Translations under genes and position numbers: made by a program | From: Myxococcales bacterium | GTDB taxonomy: Bacteria > Myxococcota_A > Polyangia > Palsa-1104 > JAEUJZ01 | Reading direction: 5' to 3' | NCBI GenBank assembly: GCA_016794365.1 | Contig: JAEUKB010000025.1 | Span: 52,693-116,692, forward strand | DNA: 64,000 bases | Part shown: positions 57,688-64,000 of the stretch, one piece after another | Position numbering within the stretch: the first letter of the stretch is position 1 | How the letters are laid out: every line of letters starts with the position of its first letter | The notes under the pieces: generated by a model | Seen by the model: the letters and a program-made list of their open reading frames with translations, nothing else | What the model was told of the DNA's origin: nothing | Database searches by the model: none

Positions 57688-58493
57688 TACTGAAGTCGCT
57701 GCTGACGGAGACACTCGTACAACAGGACGGCTCCAGCGGCAGAGACATTGAGCGATGCACCGTGCAGACCGGACGGCATGGGAATCTCAGCCCGGAGATC
57801 ACAGGTCTTGCGCACGAGCGGACGCAGACCACTCCCTTCCCCGCCAAGCACGACGCCAATCGGAACCGACAGATCCAGATCCCACAGCGGCTGTCCGCCT
57901 TGACCGGGAGCAACCGCAGCGACGAGCCACAGTCCTCCCTCTTTGAGCTGTTCCATCGCGCGTACCAGGTTGGCAACCTTGACGATCGGAAGCTGTGAGG
58001 TCGCTCCAGCGGCGGCTTTGATGGCTCCAGCGGTGACTTGCGCGGCGCGATCTTGCGGAATCACCACTGCATCGGCTCCCAGCACACAGGCCGAACGAAT
58101 CAGCGCACCCAGGTTTTGGGGGTCGGTCACTCCGTCGAGGATCAGCACAACCGGAGTCTTCCCAGCTTCCTGCGCGCGCCGCACCGGAGCCAGTGGATCG
58201 CTCTCATACGCGAACTCTGCACACAGCGCGACCACTCCTTGATGGACGCCGTTTTGACTGATGCGATCCAGCTCACTGCGCGACTTGAGGACCGGACGAA
58301 TGCGTGCTTTTTCAGCAGCCTGACGCACGAGCGACAGCGCATCGGGCTTTTCGTCGCGACCCGGCTTTGGGTCTGGCTTGCTTCCTTCGAGCAGATACAG
58401 CGACTGAACGTCTTGGGGACGCCGCTCGAGGACTTCACGAACAGCGTGGATTCCGTAGATCACTTGCGCGGACGGGCTTTGCTGTAGTTGCAT
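57687..58493 (-). CDS. rlmB: TrmH-family 23S rRNA (guanosine-2'-O)-methyltransferase RlmB-like
   Basis: N-terminal IYGIHAVREVL substrate-binding domain, SPOUT motifs (GVHQGVVAL, VVLILDGVTDPQNLGALIR, VIPQDR). Start set at internal ATG M84; the upstream ORF segment is SQSV-repeat junk. Confidence 0.75.
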   Translation of the reverse strand: MQLQQSPSAQVIYGIHAVREVLERRPQDVQSLYLLEGSKPDPKPGRDEKPDALSLVRQAAEKARIRPVLKSRSELDRISQNGVHQGVVALCAEFAYESDPLAPVRRAQEAGKTPVVLILDGVTDPQNLGALIRSACVLGADAVVIPQDRAAQVTAGAIKAAAGATSQLPIVKVANLVRAMEQLKEGGLWLVAAVAPGQGGQPLWDLDLSVPIGVVLGGEGSGLRPLVRKTCDLRAEIPMPSGLHGASLNVSAAGAVLLYECLRQQRLQ

Positions 58494-58593
58494 GCCCGCC
58501 TTGTACCGGAAATTCCGGCGGAAGCCCACGAAGTCGAGCGCACAGGTGGTGATTTGCAGCGCATCGCCACAATGTGAGCGCTTCGGCTGGGGG

Positions 58594-60000
58594 TCACGGA
58601 CGGACTGGCTGACCGATTGGCTGACCGAGCGGCTGACCGATTGGCTGACCGAGCGCCCGCAGCAGCTGAGCCCGCGCACTGGCGAGCGCATACTCCGCTT
58701 GCACAAGCTGCGCCGACGCTGTGGTGAAGGCAAGCTGCGCATCGCCCAGCTCGATCATGCTACCGACGCCGGTTCGATAGCGCGCTTCCGCAAGTCGCAG
58801 TCGTTCCCCGGCGCTCTGCTGGGCTTGCTGCACGGCAACACAGGTCGCTTTGCTGGCGCGCACTTGCAGCCGGGCCGACGAAAGCTCGACGCGGACTTGC
58901 TGACGGAGGCTCTGCAACTGGGCATCCAGCGCGGTCAGGTTGGCGCTCTGTTCTTTGACCTGCGACAGCGTGAGCAGACCTTGAAAGATCGGCCAGCTCA
59001 GGTTGACCGACGCGCTGAGGTTGAGCGCCAGCTGCGAGATGTTTGTGCCCGCATCGGTTAGGCTCATCGTGGCCCCGAGCGACGGTCCGTACCCACCTTT
59101 GGCTGCCGAAAGAAGCAGCTTCTGCGCCGCAAGCTGTCGGGACAAGACCAGAAACTCGGGCCGCTCGGCGAGCGCGGTCGGCAACAGCTCCTCGGTGGGC
59201 TGATCTTCGCCGGGCACGGGCGGAAGCTGTTCGTCTTGCACATCAAAATCGACGCTGTCTTCGACGCCCATTGCGGCGCGCAGCTGGGCCTTGGCGATCT
59301 CGTAGCTGTTTTCGCTGGCAATCACCTGGACGGATGCGTTGGCGCGATCGGTGCGAGCCTGCGCGAGGTCGATCTCGGGCCGTGTTCCGACGGAAACAAA
59401 CGCAGTGACCTGAACCAAGTGACGATCCTGATTGGCCAGGTTGTCGCGTGCCACTTGCAGCAGCGCGCGCTGGGCCCGCGCCGCAAAGTAGGCATTTTGC
59501 ACGGTGGTCGCGATCTGTAGCGCGGTGACCTGCTCACTTGCGTGCTGGGCGTCGGCGCTGGCGGAAGCGGCCTGCCACCTGCGCGTCGTCTGTCCGAAGT
59601 CCCAGATGTACTGCGAAAGCTGCATGCCGAAGCTAAAGAAGTTGAAGGTATCGAGCGAGATCGCCGTCGCGCTGCTGGCAAACTGCGACGGAACGGCTCC
59701 CGGTCGAGCGACAAAGTTGGCGGTGGTGCGCTGATACGACGCTGTGCCGGTAAGCTGCGGCAAGATCGGGGCGCGGGCTTGATCGGCGCGGGCGCGGGCT
59801 GCCATCGTCTGAGCCCTTGCCAAAAGGAGCTGCGGCTGATGCTCTTTGGCCGTCTGGAGCGCGTCCTGCAAGCTCAGCACCTTCAGCGCGCTCGGTGGGG
59901 CCATGGCGGGCTGCGCTTGGGTCGCTCGCTCCTCGGCAGCAAGCGACGTAAGGGAAACCGGGCCCAGCACAGCGGCTGTCACGAACACGTAAGCTCTCAT
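58594..60000 (-). CDS. TolC-family outer membrane efflux protein with C-terminal (GQPI)n repeat
   Basis: Signal peptide, two OEP repeats; the C-terminal tail GQPIGQPLGQPIGQPV is encoded by a 12-bp DNA tandem repeat (58596-58650); 4-nt overlap with the upstream RR gene. Confidence 0.8.
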   Translation of the reverse strand: MRAYVFVTAAVLGPVSLTSLAAEERATQAQPAMAPPSALKVLSLQDALQTAKEHQPQLLLARAQTMAARARADQARAPILPQLTGTASYQRTTANFVARPGAVPSQFASSATAISLDTFNFFSFGMQLSQYIWDFGQTTRRWQAASASADAQHASEQVTALQIATTVQNAYFAARAQRALLQVARDNLANQDRHLVQVTAFVSVGTRPEIDLAQARTDRANASVQVIASENSYEIAKAQLRAAMGVEDSVDFDVQDEQLPPVPGEDQPTEELLPTALAERPEFLVLSRQLAAQKLLLSAAKGGYGPSLGATMSLTDAGTNISQLALNLSASVNLSWPIFQGLLTLSQVKEQSANLTALDAQLQSLRQQVRVELSSARLQVRASKATCVAVQQAQQSAGERLRLAEARYRTGVGSMIELGDAQLAFTTASAQLVQAEYALASARAQLLRALGQPIGQPLGQPIGQPVRP

Positions 60001-61397
60001 GCCTTTTCGCTCTCTTCTGCGTCGGAACGGATGGTTAGGCCGTGCTCTTCCAGCTTGGCGTATAGGTTCGGTCTGCCGATGCCGAGCTGCCTTGCGGCTT
60101 CGGAGCGATTGCCTCCCGCTCGCTGGAGCGCGCGCAGCAGCATGTACTTTTCCAGCTGCTGGACCGCTTCTTTGAGCGTGCCGTCCTCGGGAATCTGCCA
60201 GCTTTCGGTGCGGCCCACATCCTTGGCAGTCACCGTCGAGGATGTTGTACAGAGTCCTATCGGCAGCGCGGGCACATCAATGACTTCTCCGCCACAGAGC
60301 ACCGCCGAGCGCTTGATGACATGCATCAGCTCGCGCACGTTGCCTGGCCAGCGATAGTTCATCAGACAGCCCATCGCTTCTTCGGACACCGCGCGCGCCG
60401 GGGTTCCTTCCAGCGCATGTGCGACGAGCAGCGGAATGTCACTGCGACGCGCACGCAGCGGCGGAACCGAGATCTCGATGACCGCCAGTCGATAGTACAG
60501 ATCTTCGCGCAGCACGCAGCCTGGCTCAGCGGGATGCACGGGCTTGTGGGTGGCGGTGATGACGCGCGCGCGGTTTTGCAGCGTCTCGCTGCCCCCGATT
60601 CGCTCGAAGCAGCCGTCGGCCAGCACGCGCAGCAGCTTGGTCTGAAGCGCTCCTTCCAGATCGCCAATCTCGTCGAGAAACAGCGTTCCTTGCGCCGCCA
60701 GCTCCAGCCGTCCAGCGCGCCGCACCGTGGCTCCGGTAAATGCTCCTTTTTCGTGTCCAAACAGCTCGCTTTCCAGAAGCGACGACGGCACCGCTGCCAG
60801 ATTGACCGCCACAAACGGCTGCTGTGCGCTGGTGCTGTAGTCATGAATCGCGCGCGCAACCAGCTCTTTTCCGGTTCCCGTTTCGCCCGTGATCAGCACT
60901 GGAACTTGCGTCGCTGCGGCGCGTCCAATCAGCTTCCAAATCGCGAGCATTGCCGTGCTGGTTCCCACCAGGCTTCCCGCTTGCAGAGGCGACGGAACTT
61001 TCGGCTGTTCACTGTGAAGCGTCTGGGTCAGCGTCCGCTGCTTTATGGCTCGCTCGACGGTAGACAGCAGCACAGGAACGTCAAACGGCTTGGTCAGATA
61101 GTCAAAGGCTCCGTCGCGCATGGCTCGAATCGTGCGCTCGCTGTCGCCGTACGCCGTCACCATCACGACGGGCACATCGCGCCGGGCTCCCTGTCGTAGC
61201 TCGCGCAGCAGCTCCAGTCCGTCTCCGTCACGTAGCCGAATGTCGAGCAGCACGCAGTCGATCTCACTTCTGGATAGAAGCTCGCGTGCGACAGAAATTC
61301 CCGGTGATAGTAGTGCGCGATGACCCAGCGTCTCGACGGCAGCTTGTAAGCCTTCGCGGATTCCTTTTTCATCTTCAACGATCAAGATGGTGCTCAT
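59997..61397 (-). CDS. sigma-54-dependent response regulator (NtrC family)
   Basis: REC domain (ILIVEDE...D), GETGTGKE Walker A, GAFTGA, C-terminal HTH; overlaps the HK gene by 4 nt. Confidence 0.9.
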   Translation of the reverse strand: MSTILIVEDEKGIREGLQAAVETLGHRALLSPGISVARELLSRSEIDCVLLDIRLRDGDGLELLRELRQGARRDVPVVMVTAYGDSERTIRAMRDGAFDYLTKPFDVPVLLSTVERAIKQRTLTQTLHSEQPKVPSPLQAGSLVGTSTAMLAIWKLIGRAAATQVPVLITGETGTGKELVARAIHDYSTSAQQPFVAVNLAAVPSSLLESELFGHEKGAFTGATVRRAGRLELAAQGTLFLDEIGDLEGALQTKLLRVLADGCFERIGGSETLQNRARVITATHKPVHPAEPGCVLREDLYYRLAVIEISVPPLRARRSDIPLLVAHALEGTPARAVSEEAMGCLMNYRWPGNVRELMHVIKRSAVLCGGEVIDVPALPIGLCTTSSTVTAKDVGRTESWQIPEDGTLKEAVQQLEKYMLLRALQRAGGNRSEAARQLGIGRPNLYAKLEEHGLTIRSDAEESEKA

Positions 61398-62836
61398 ACA
61401 GACTCTCTCTTTGGCTCTGCCAACGCCTTGGGCAGCGACAGCTCGAAGCGGGTGCGCTCAGTGCCGGATTCCTGTTCGATTCCGTCTGATGCCGGGAAAG
61501 GAACGCGGGCGTAGCTGACATCTCCACCGTGGGCTCTGGCAATCGCGCGCGAGATCGGGAGTCCCAGGCCGGTTCCGTCGGGCTTGGTGGTAAAGAAGGG
61601 CTCGAACAGCTCGCTGGGACGCGGCACTCCTTCGCCTTCGTCTTCGACGCGGATCGAGACGGACTCTCGCTCTTCCCGAAGGCTTACGTAGACGCTGCGT
61701 GCGATCGGGGACGCTTCGACGGCGTTACGCAGCAGGTTGTCAATCGCGCGGGACACCGACTCTGGATCGATGACAGCGGAACAGTCCGATGAAGCGTGGA
61801 TGACAACGTGAACGCCGCGCTGTGCTGCCCACGGGGACAGAGTCTCTGCGCGGGCTTGGACCAGTTGATCGAGCGAGGTCAGCTTGCGCGGTCCCAGGTG
61901 TCTGCCTGCGACCACCAGCAGATCCGCCACCAAGCGATCGAGTCGCGCGATCTCGGCAGCAGAGTGCTCGATGGCGCTGGCTGCAAGCTTCGGCAGCGGC
62001 TCTGCCACAGCGGCCAGATCGAGACGCAGCTTGATCGATGCGAGCGGGTTGCGGACTTCATGCGCGACACCCGCGACCACCCGACCAAGCGCCACCAAGC
62101 GATCCTTTTGCGCAAGCTTCTGCGCCATGCGGCTCTGTTCTTCACGGGCGTGACGCAGGCTCTGCGCCAGCTGTGCGATTCCGTCCGCCACTTCCGCCAG
62201 CTCGCGAATGCGCAGCCGTGGCACCGGCGTGGAGAGATCTTCCCCGAGCTTCACCAAGCATTGATGCAAGTCATTTGCACTACGCAGAAAGGACACGCTG
62301 GCCCCTACTGCGCTCGTACACAGAATCGCGGTCGCGAGCGCCAGCACAATCACCACCGTCAGCCAGAAGCGATGATGAAACAGGGGGGGAACCATCACTC
62401 CGGCCCACGCAAGCTGCTGTCCTTCTGCCGGTCGCGCCGCCACAAGGAGAGTAGACAGTCCTTGGCGTAGCTCCATCACGGTGGTCGCGTGGCGTTGCTG
62501 TGCTTGGGACAGCGCCGACATCACCGTCGCCTGCCAGTCTGCTGGAACCCCCGAAAGGTCGCTGTCTTGGGCGCGGAAAAAGCCACCGCGCATGCCGATG
62601 AGCGCACTGGCAGGAGCCACAGAGAGCGCTTCCTTTCGCGCAGAAGGAGTCGCGCGGGACAGTCGATCCAGCTCGCTGCGTAGGCCATCGCGGGCGCGCT
62701 CGATCCGTCCTTCGGTGGTCAGGGACAGCACCTTCCACAGCGCGGTCAGAGAGAGCGCTGACATGATGGCACCGACGACAACAATGGTAAGGATTCGATA
62801 ACGGATGATGCGCACGGCTTGCTCTGATGTGGACAA
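61394..62836 (-). CDS. sensor histidine kinase (2 TM, HisKA + HATPase_c)
   Basis: H-box VAHEVRNPLASI, N-box LLRNAVEAS, G-boxes DEGEGV / GTGLGLPIS. Confidence 0.85.
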   Translation of the reverse strand: MSTSEQAVRIIRYRILTIVVVGAIMSALSLTALWKVLSLTTEGRIERARDGLRSELDRLSRATPSARKEALSVAPASALIGMRGGFFRAQDSDLSGVPADWQATVMSALSQAQQRHATTVMELRQGLSTLLVAARPAEGQQLAWAGVMVPPLFHHRFWLTVVIVLALATAILCTSAVGASVSFLRSANDLHQCLVKLGEDLSTPVPRLRIRELAEVADGIAQLAQSLRHAREEQSRMAQKLAQKDRLVALGRVVAGVAHEVRNPLASIKLRLDLAAVAEPLPKLAASAIEHSAAEIARLDRLVADLLVVAGRHLGPRKLTSLDQLVQARAETLSPWAAQRGVHVVIHASSDCSAVIDPESVSRAIDNLLRNAVEASPIARSVYVSLREERESVSIRVEDEGEGVPRPSELFEPFFTTKPDGTGLGLPISRAIARAHGGDVSYARVPFPASDGIEQESGTERTRFELSLPKALAEPKRESV

Positions 62837-62931
62837 GTAGCAAGCTTCGTTCCTGCTGCCTATGCAGATTCCTTTGCACCGATCAGAGAGGACGAGCGCA
62901 CAGTCACAGGATCAAAAAGACAGTGCGATGG

Positions 62932-62969
62932 CTGTCCAAAACGGAAACAGGTGTCTTGATTTTGGACAG
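62932..62969. promoter_or_regulatory. 10-bp inverted repeat ctgtccaaaa-N18-ttttggacag, a candidate activator-binding site ~150 bp upstream of the sigma-54 promoter
   Basis: Perfect arms in the HK/RR-MFP divergent region. Confidence 0.3.
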
Positions 62970-63115
62970 GCGCAGAGCGCTCATCATGAAGAGGTAGCGC
63001 TGCGTGCGGAGTCCGCAGTGCGGTCTTTCGGATTCCTAGCAAACGCGGAATCTGCGACGGTGTAGATCTCGCGTAGTGCGATGAATCGCTTGCGCGGACT
63101 TTCGATGGCGGCGGC

Positions 63116-63131
63116 TGGCCTGGGCATTGCT
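63116..63131 (+). promoter_or_regulatory. sigma-54 (-24/-12) promoter candidate for the RND adaptor gene
   Basis: TGGCCT-gggca-TTGCT with canonical GG/GC spacing, ~100 nt upstream of the ATG at 63232; divergent from the sigma-54 activator operon. Confidence 0.45.
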
Positions 63132-63231
63132 GAACGTCTCTGTTATGCGATCTGATGTTCCGAACCGAGGGAATGCGAAGCGATCAGCCGCTGCCCGCTG
63201 CGCTGTGCGATCAGGAGTCCGTCCCGGTGTG

Positions 63232-64000
63232 ATGCTGCCTGGGTGTCTGATCCTTTTGTGCGCACTGGCTGGCTGTCACAAGGGCAAAGATGCAGCCGGT
63301 TCCGCAGAGAGTGGAGTCGCGCGTCCGGTGTCTGTCCTGACCGCGCAGGTCCAGCAAAAGGATCTTCCGATTTACGTAGATGGACTGGGAACGGTGTCTG
63401 CGTTTCAGACGGTGACGGTGCGTACGCAGGTCGATGGTCGCTTAGAAAAAGTTCTGTTTCGGGAAGGTCAGCGGGTCGTGCGCGGAGAACTGCTGGCGCA
63501 GGTCGATTCCCGACCGTTTGTGGCGTCGCTTCATCAAGCAGAGAGTGCGCTGTTGCGAGACACTGCGCTGCTTGAAAACGCGCGCAAGAACCTGTCACGC
63601 TATCAAGAGCTTCGTACGCAGAACCTGATCAGTCAGCAGCAGGTCGATGATCAGCAAGCGCTGGTTCATCAGTATGAAGGATCGGTCGGTGTCGATCGCG
63701 CTGCCGCAGAGTCAGCCAAGCTCAGCGTCGAGTATTCACGGATTGTCGCACCGATTGATGGGGTCACAGGGGTGCGTCTGATCGATGAAGGAAACGTGGT
63801 GCATCCAAGCGATGCAAGTGGTCTGGTGGTGATCACCCAGATCGATCCGATCGCAGTCCTGTTTACGCTGCCGGAAGATGATCTGCCGCGCATCATCGCG
63901 CGACTGGATGCACTCCGAACAGACAAAGGGAATGACAAAGGGAATGACAAAGGGAGTGACAAATGGAGTGGCTCGCTGGGGCTCTCTGTTGCGGCCCTGG
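63232..64000 (+). CDS. efflux RND transporter periplasmic adaptor subunit (MFP), lipoprotein; partial, runs off the window end
   Basis: Lipobox LLCALAGC; hairpin/lipoyl motifs (VRGELLAQVDSRPF..., YSRIVAPIDGVTGVRLIDEGNVV). No stop before position 64000; contains an in-frame (DKGN)n 12-bp repeat near 63925-63962. Confidence 0.7.
   Translation, partial: MLPGCLILLCALAGCHKGKDAAGSAESGVARPVSVLTAQVQQKDLPIYVDGLGTVSAFQTVTVRTQVDGRLEKVLFREGQRVVRGELLAQVDSRPFVASLHQAESALLRDTALLENARKNLSRYQELRTQNLISQQQVDDQQALVHQYEGSVGVDRAAAESAKLSVEYSRIVAPIDGVTGVRLIDEGNVVHPSDASGLVVITQIDPIAVLFTLPEDDLPRIIARLDALRTDKGNDKGNDKGSDKWSGSLGLSVAAL

Noticed and set aside
57286-57714. 142-aa minus-strand ORF with SFRDSFRDSFRD repeats
   Set aside because: Translation of the 12-bp intergenic tandem repeat; no start context; overlaps the repeat/hairpin element only.
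1-64000. Search for transposases, integrases, phage genes, tRNA and rRNA genes
   Set aside because: No ORF shows DDE/tyrosine-recombinase or phage structural motifs, and no sequence resembling a tRNA cloverleaf or rRNA was recognised by eye; proper tRNAscan and Infernal runs would be needed to exclude small RNAs.

Overview
High-GC (~65%) bacterial chromosomal window, probably Myxococcota-like: it carries PT-rich linkers, a myxobacterial-type Cys-rich C-terminal domain, sigma-54 enhancer-binding regulators and Ser/Thr kinase remnants. No mobile elements, rRNA, tRNA or CRISPR were recognised.

Gene content, in order:
- 14-5759: the 3' part of the nusA-infB cluster (YlxR/DUF448, IF-2 with an Ala/Lys/Glu/Pro-rich repeat expansion, DUF503), then a lipoprotein and a VOC-family protein.
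- 5968-8091 (minus): a CoA-disulfide-reductase-like flavoprotein with a rhodanese domain, and a small secreted Lys-rich peptide.
- 8402-17244: a histidine kinase / sigma-54 response regulator pair (minus strand) divergent from a complete tripartite RND efflux operon (TolC-like, MFP, RND permease; plus strand).
- 17511-21145 (minus): PEP-synthase regulatory protein, a radical-SAM/SPASM protein, DUF2252.
- 21196-26139: a truncated Ser/Thr-kinase-like ORF, a secreted Cys-rich beta-helix-like protein, a hypothetical protein and a PAS/STAS protein.
- 26122-32697 (minus): a tight four-gene operon of 743-aa unknown, AsnB-like amidotransferase, AurF-like diiron protein and PLD-like protein.
- 32840-39898 (minus): a secreted OB-fold protein, a TonB-dependent receptor, a fused fatty-acid-hydroxylase/imelysin-like protein and a lipoprotein.
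- 40301-42984 (minus): a beta-lactamase-family hydrolase, a SAM methyltransferase and a small Cys/His protein.
- 43154-47887 (plus): a COG0523 GTPase / NiCoT-like transporter / WD40 operon and a phosphodiesterase-family gene, each behind a Zur-box-like AT-rich palindrome; then a small membrane protein.
- 47928-51843 (minus): a SMI1/KNR4-domain protein, a cytochrome P450 and a TetR regulator.
- 52092-57465 (plus): a membrane-anchored unknown, a GT2 glycosyltransferase, a patatin-like phospholipase and an unknown protein.
- 57687-64000: RlmB-like methyltransferase, then a second TolC-like / sigma-54 response regulator / histidine kinase operon (minus) divergent from a partial RND-adaptor gene (plus).

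Non-coding highlights are two related 43-bp tandem-repeat arrays carrying GGGTC-NN-GACCC palindromes, several 10-12-bp tandem arrays sitting at stop codons or in promoters, and three sigma-54 promoter candidates placed next to the sigma-54 activators. Coordinates for repeats and sites are read from the printed sequence and may be off by 1-2 nt; CDS coordinates come from the ORF track, with starts adjusted by frame arithmetic.
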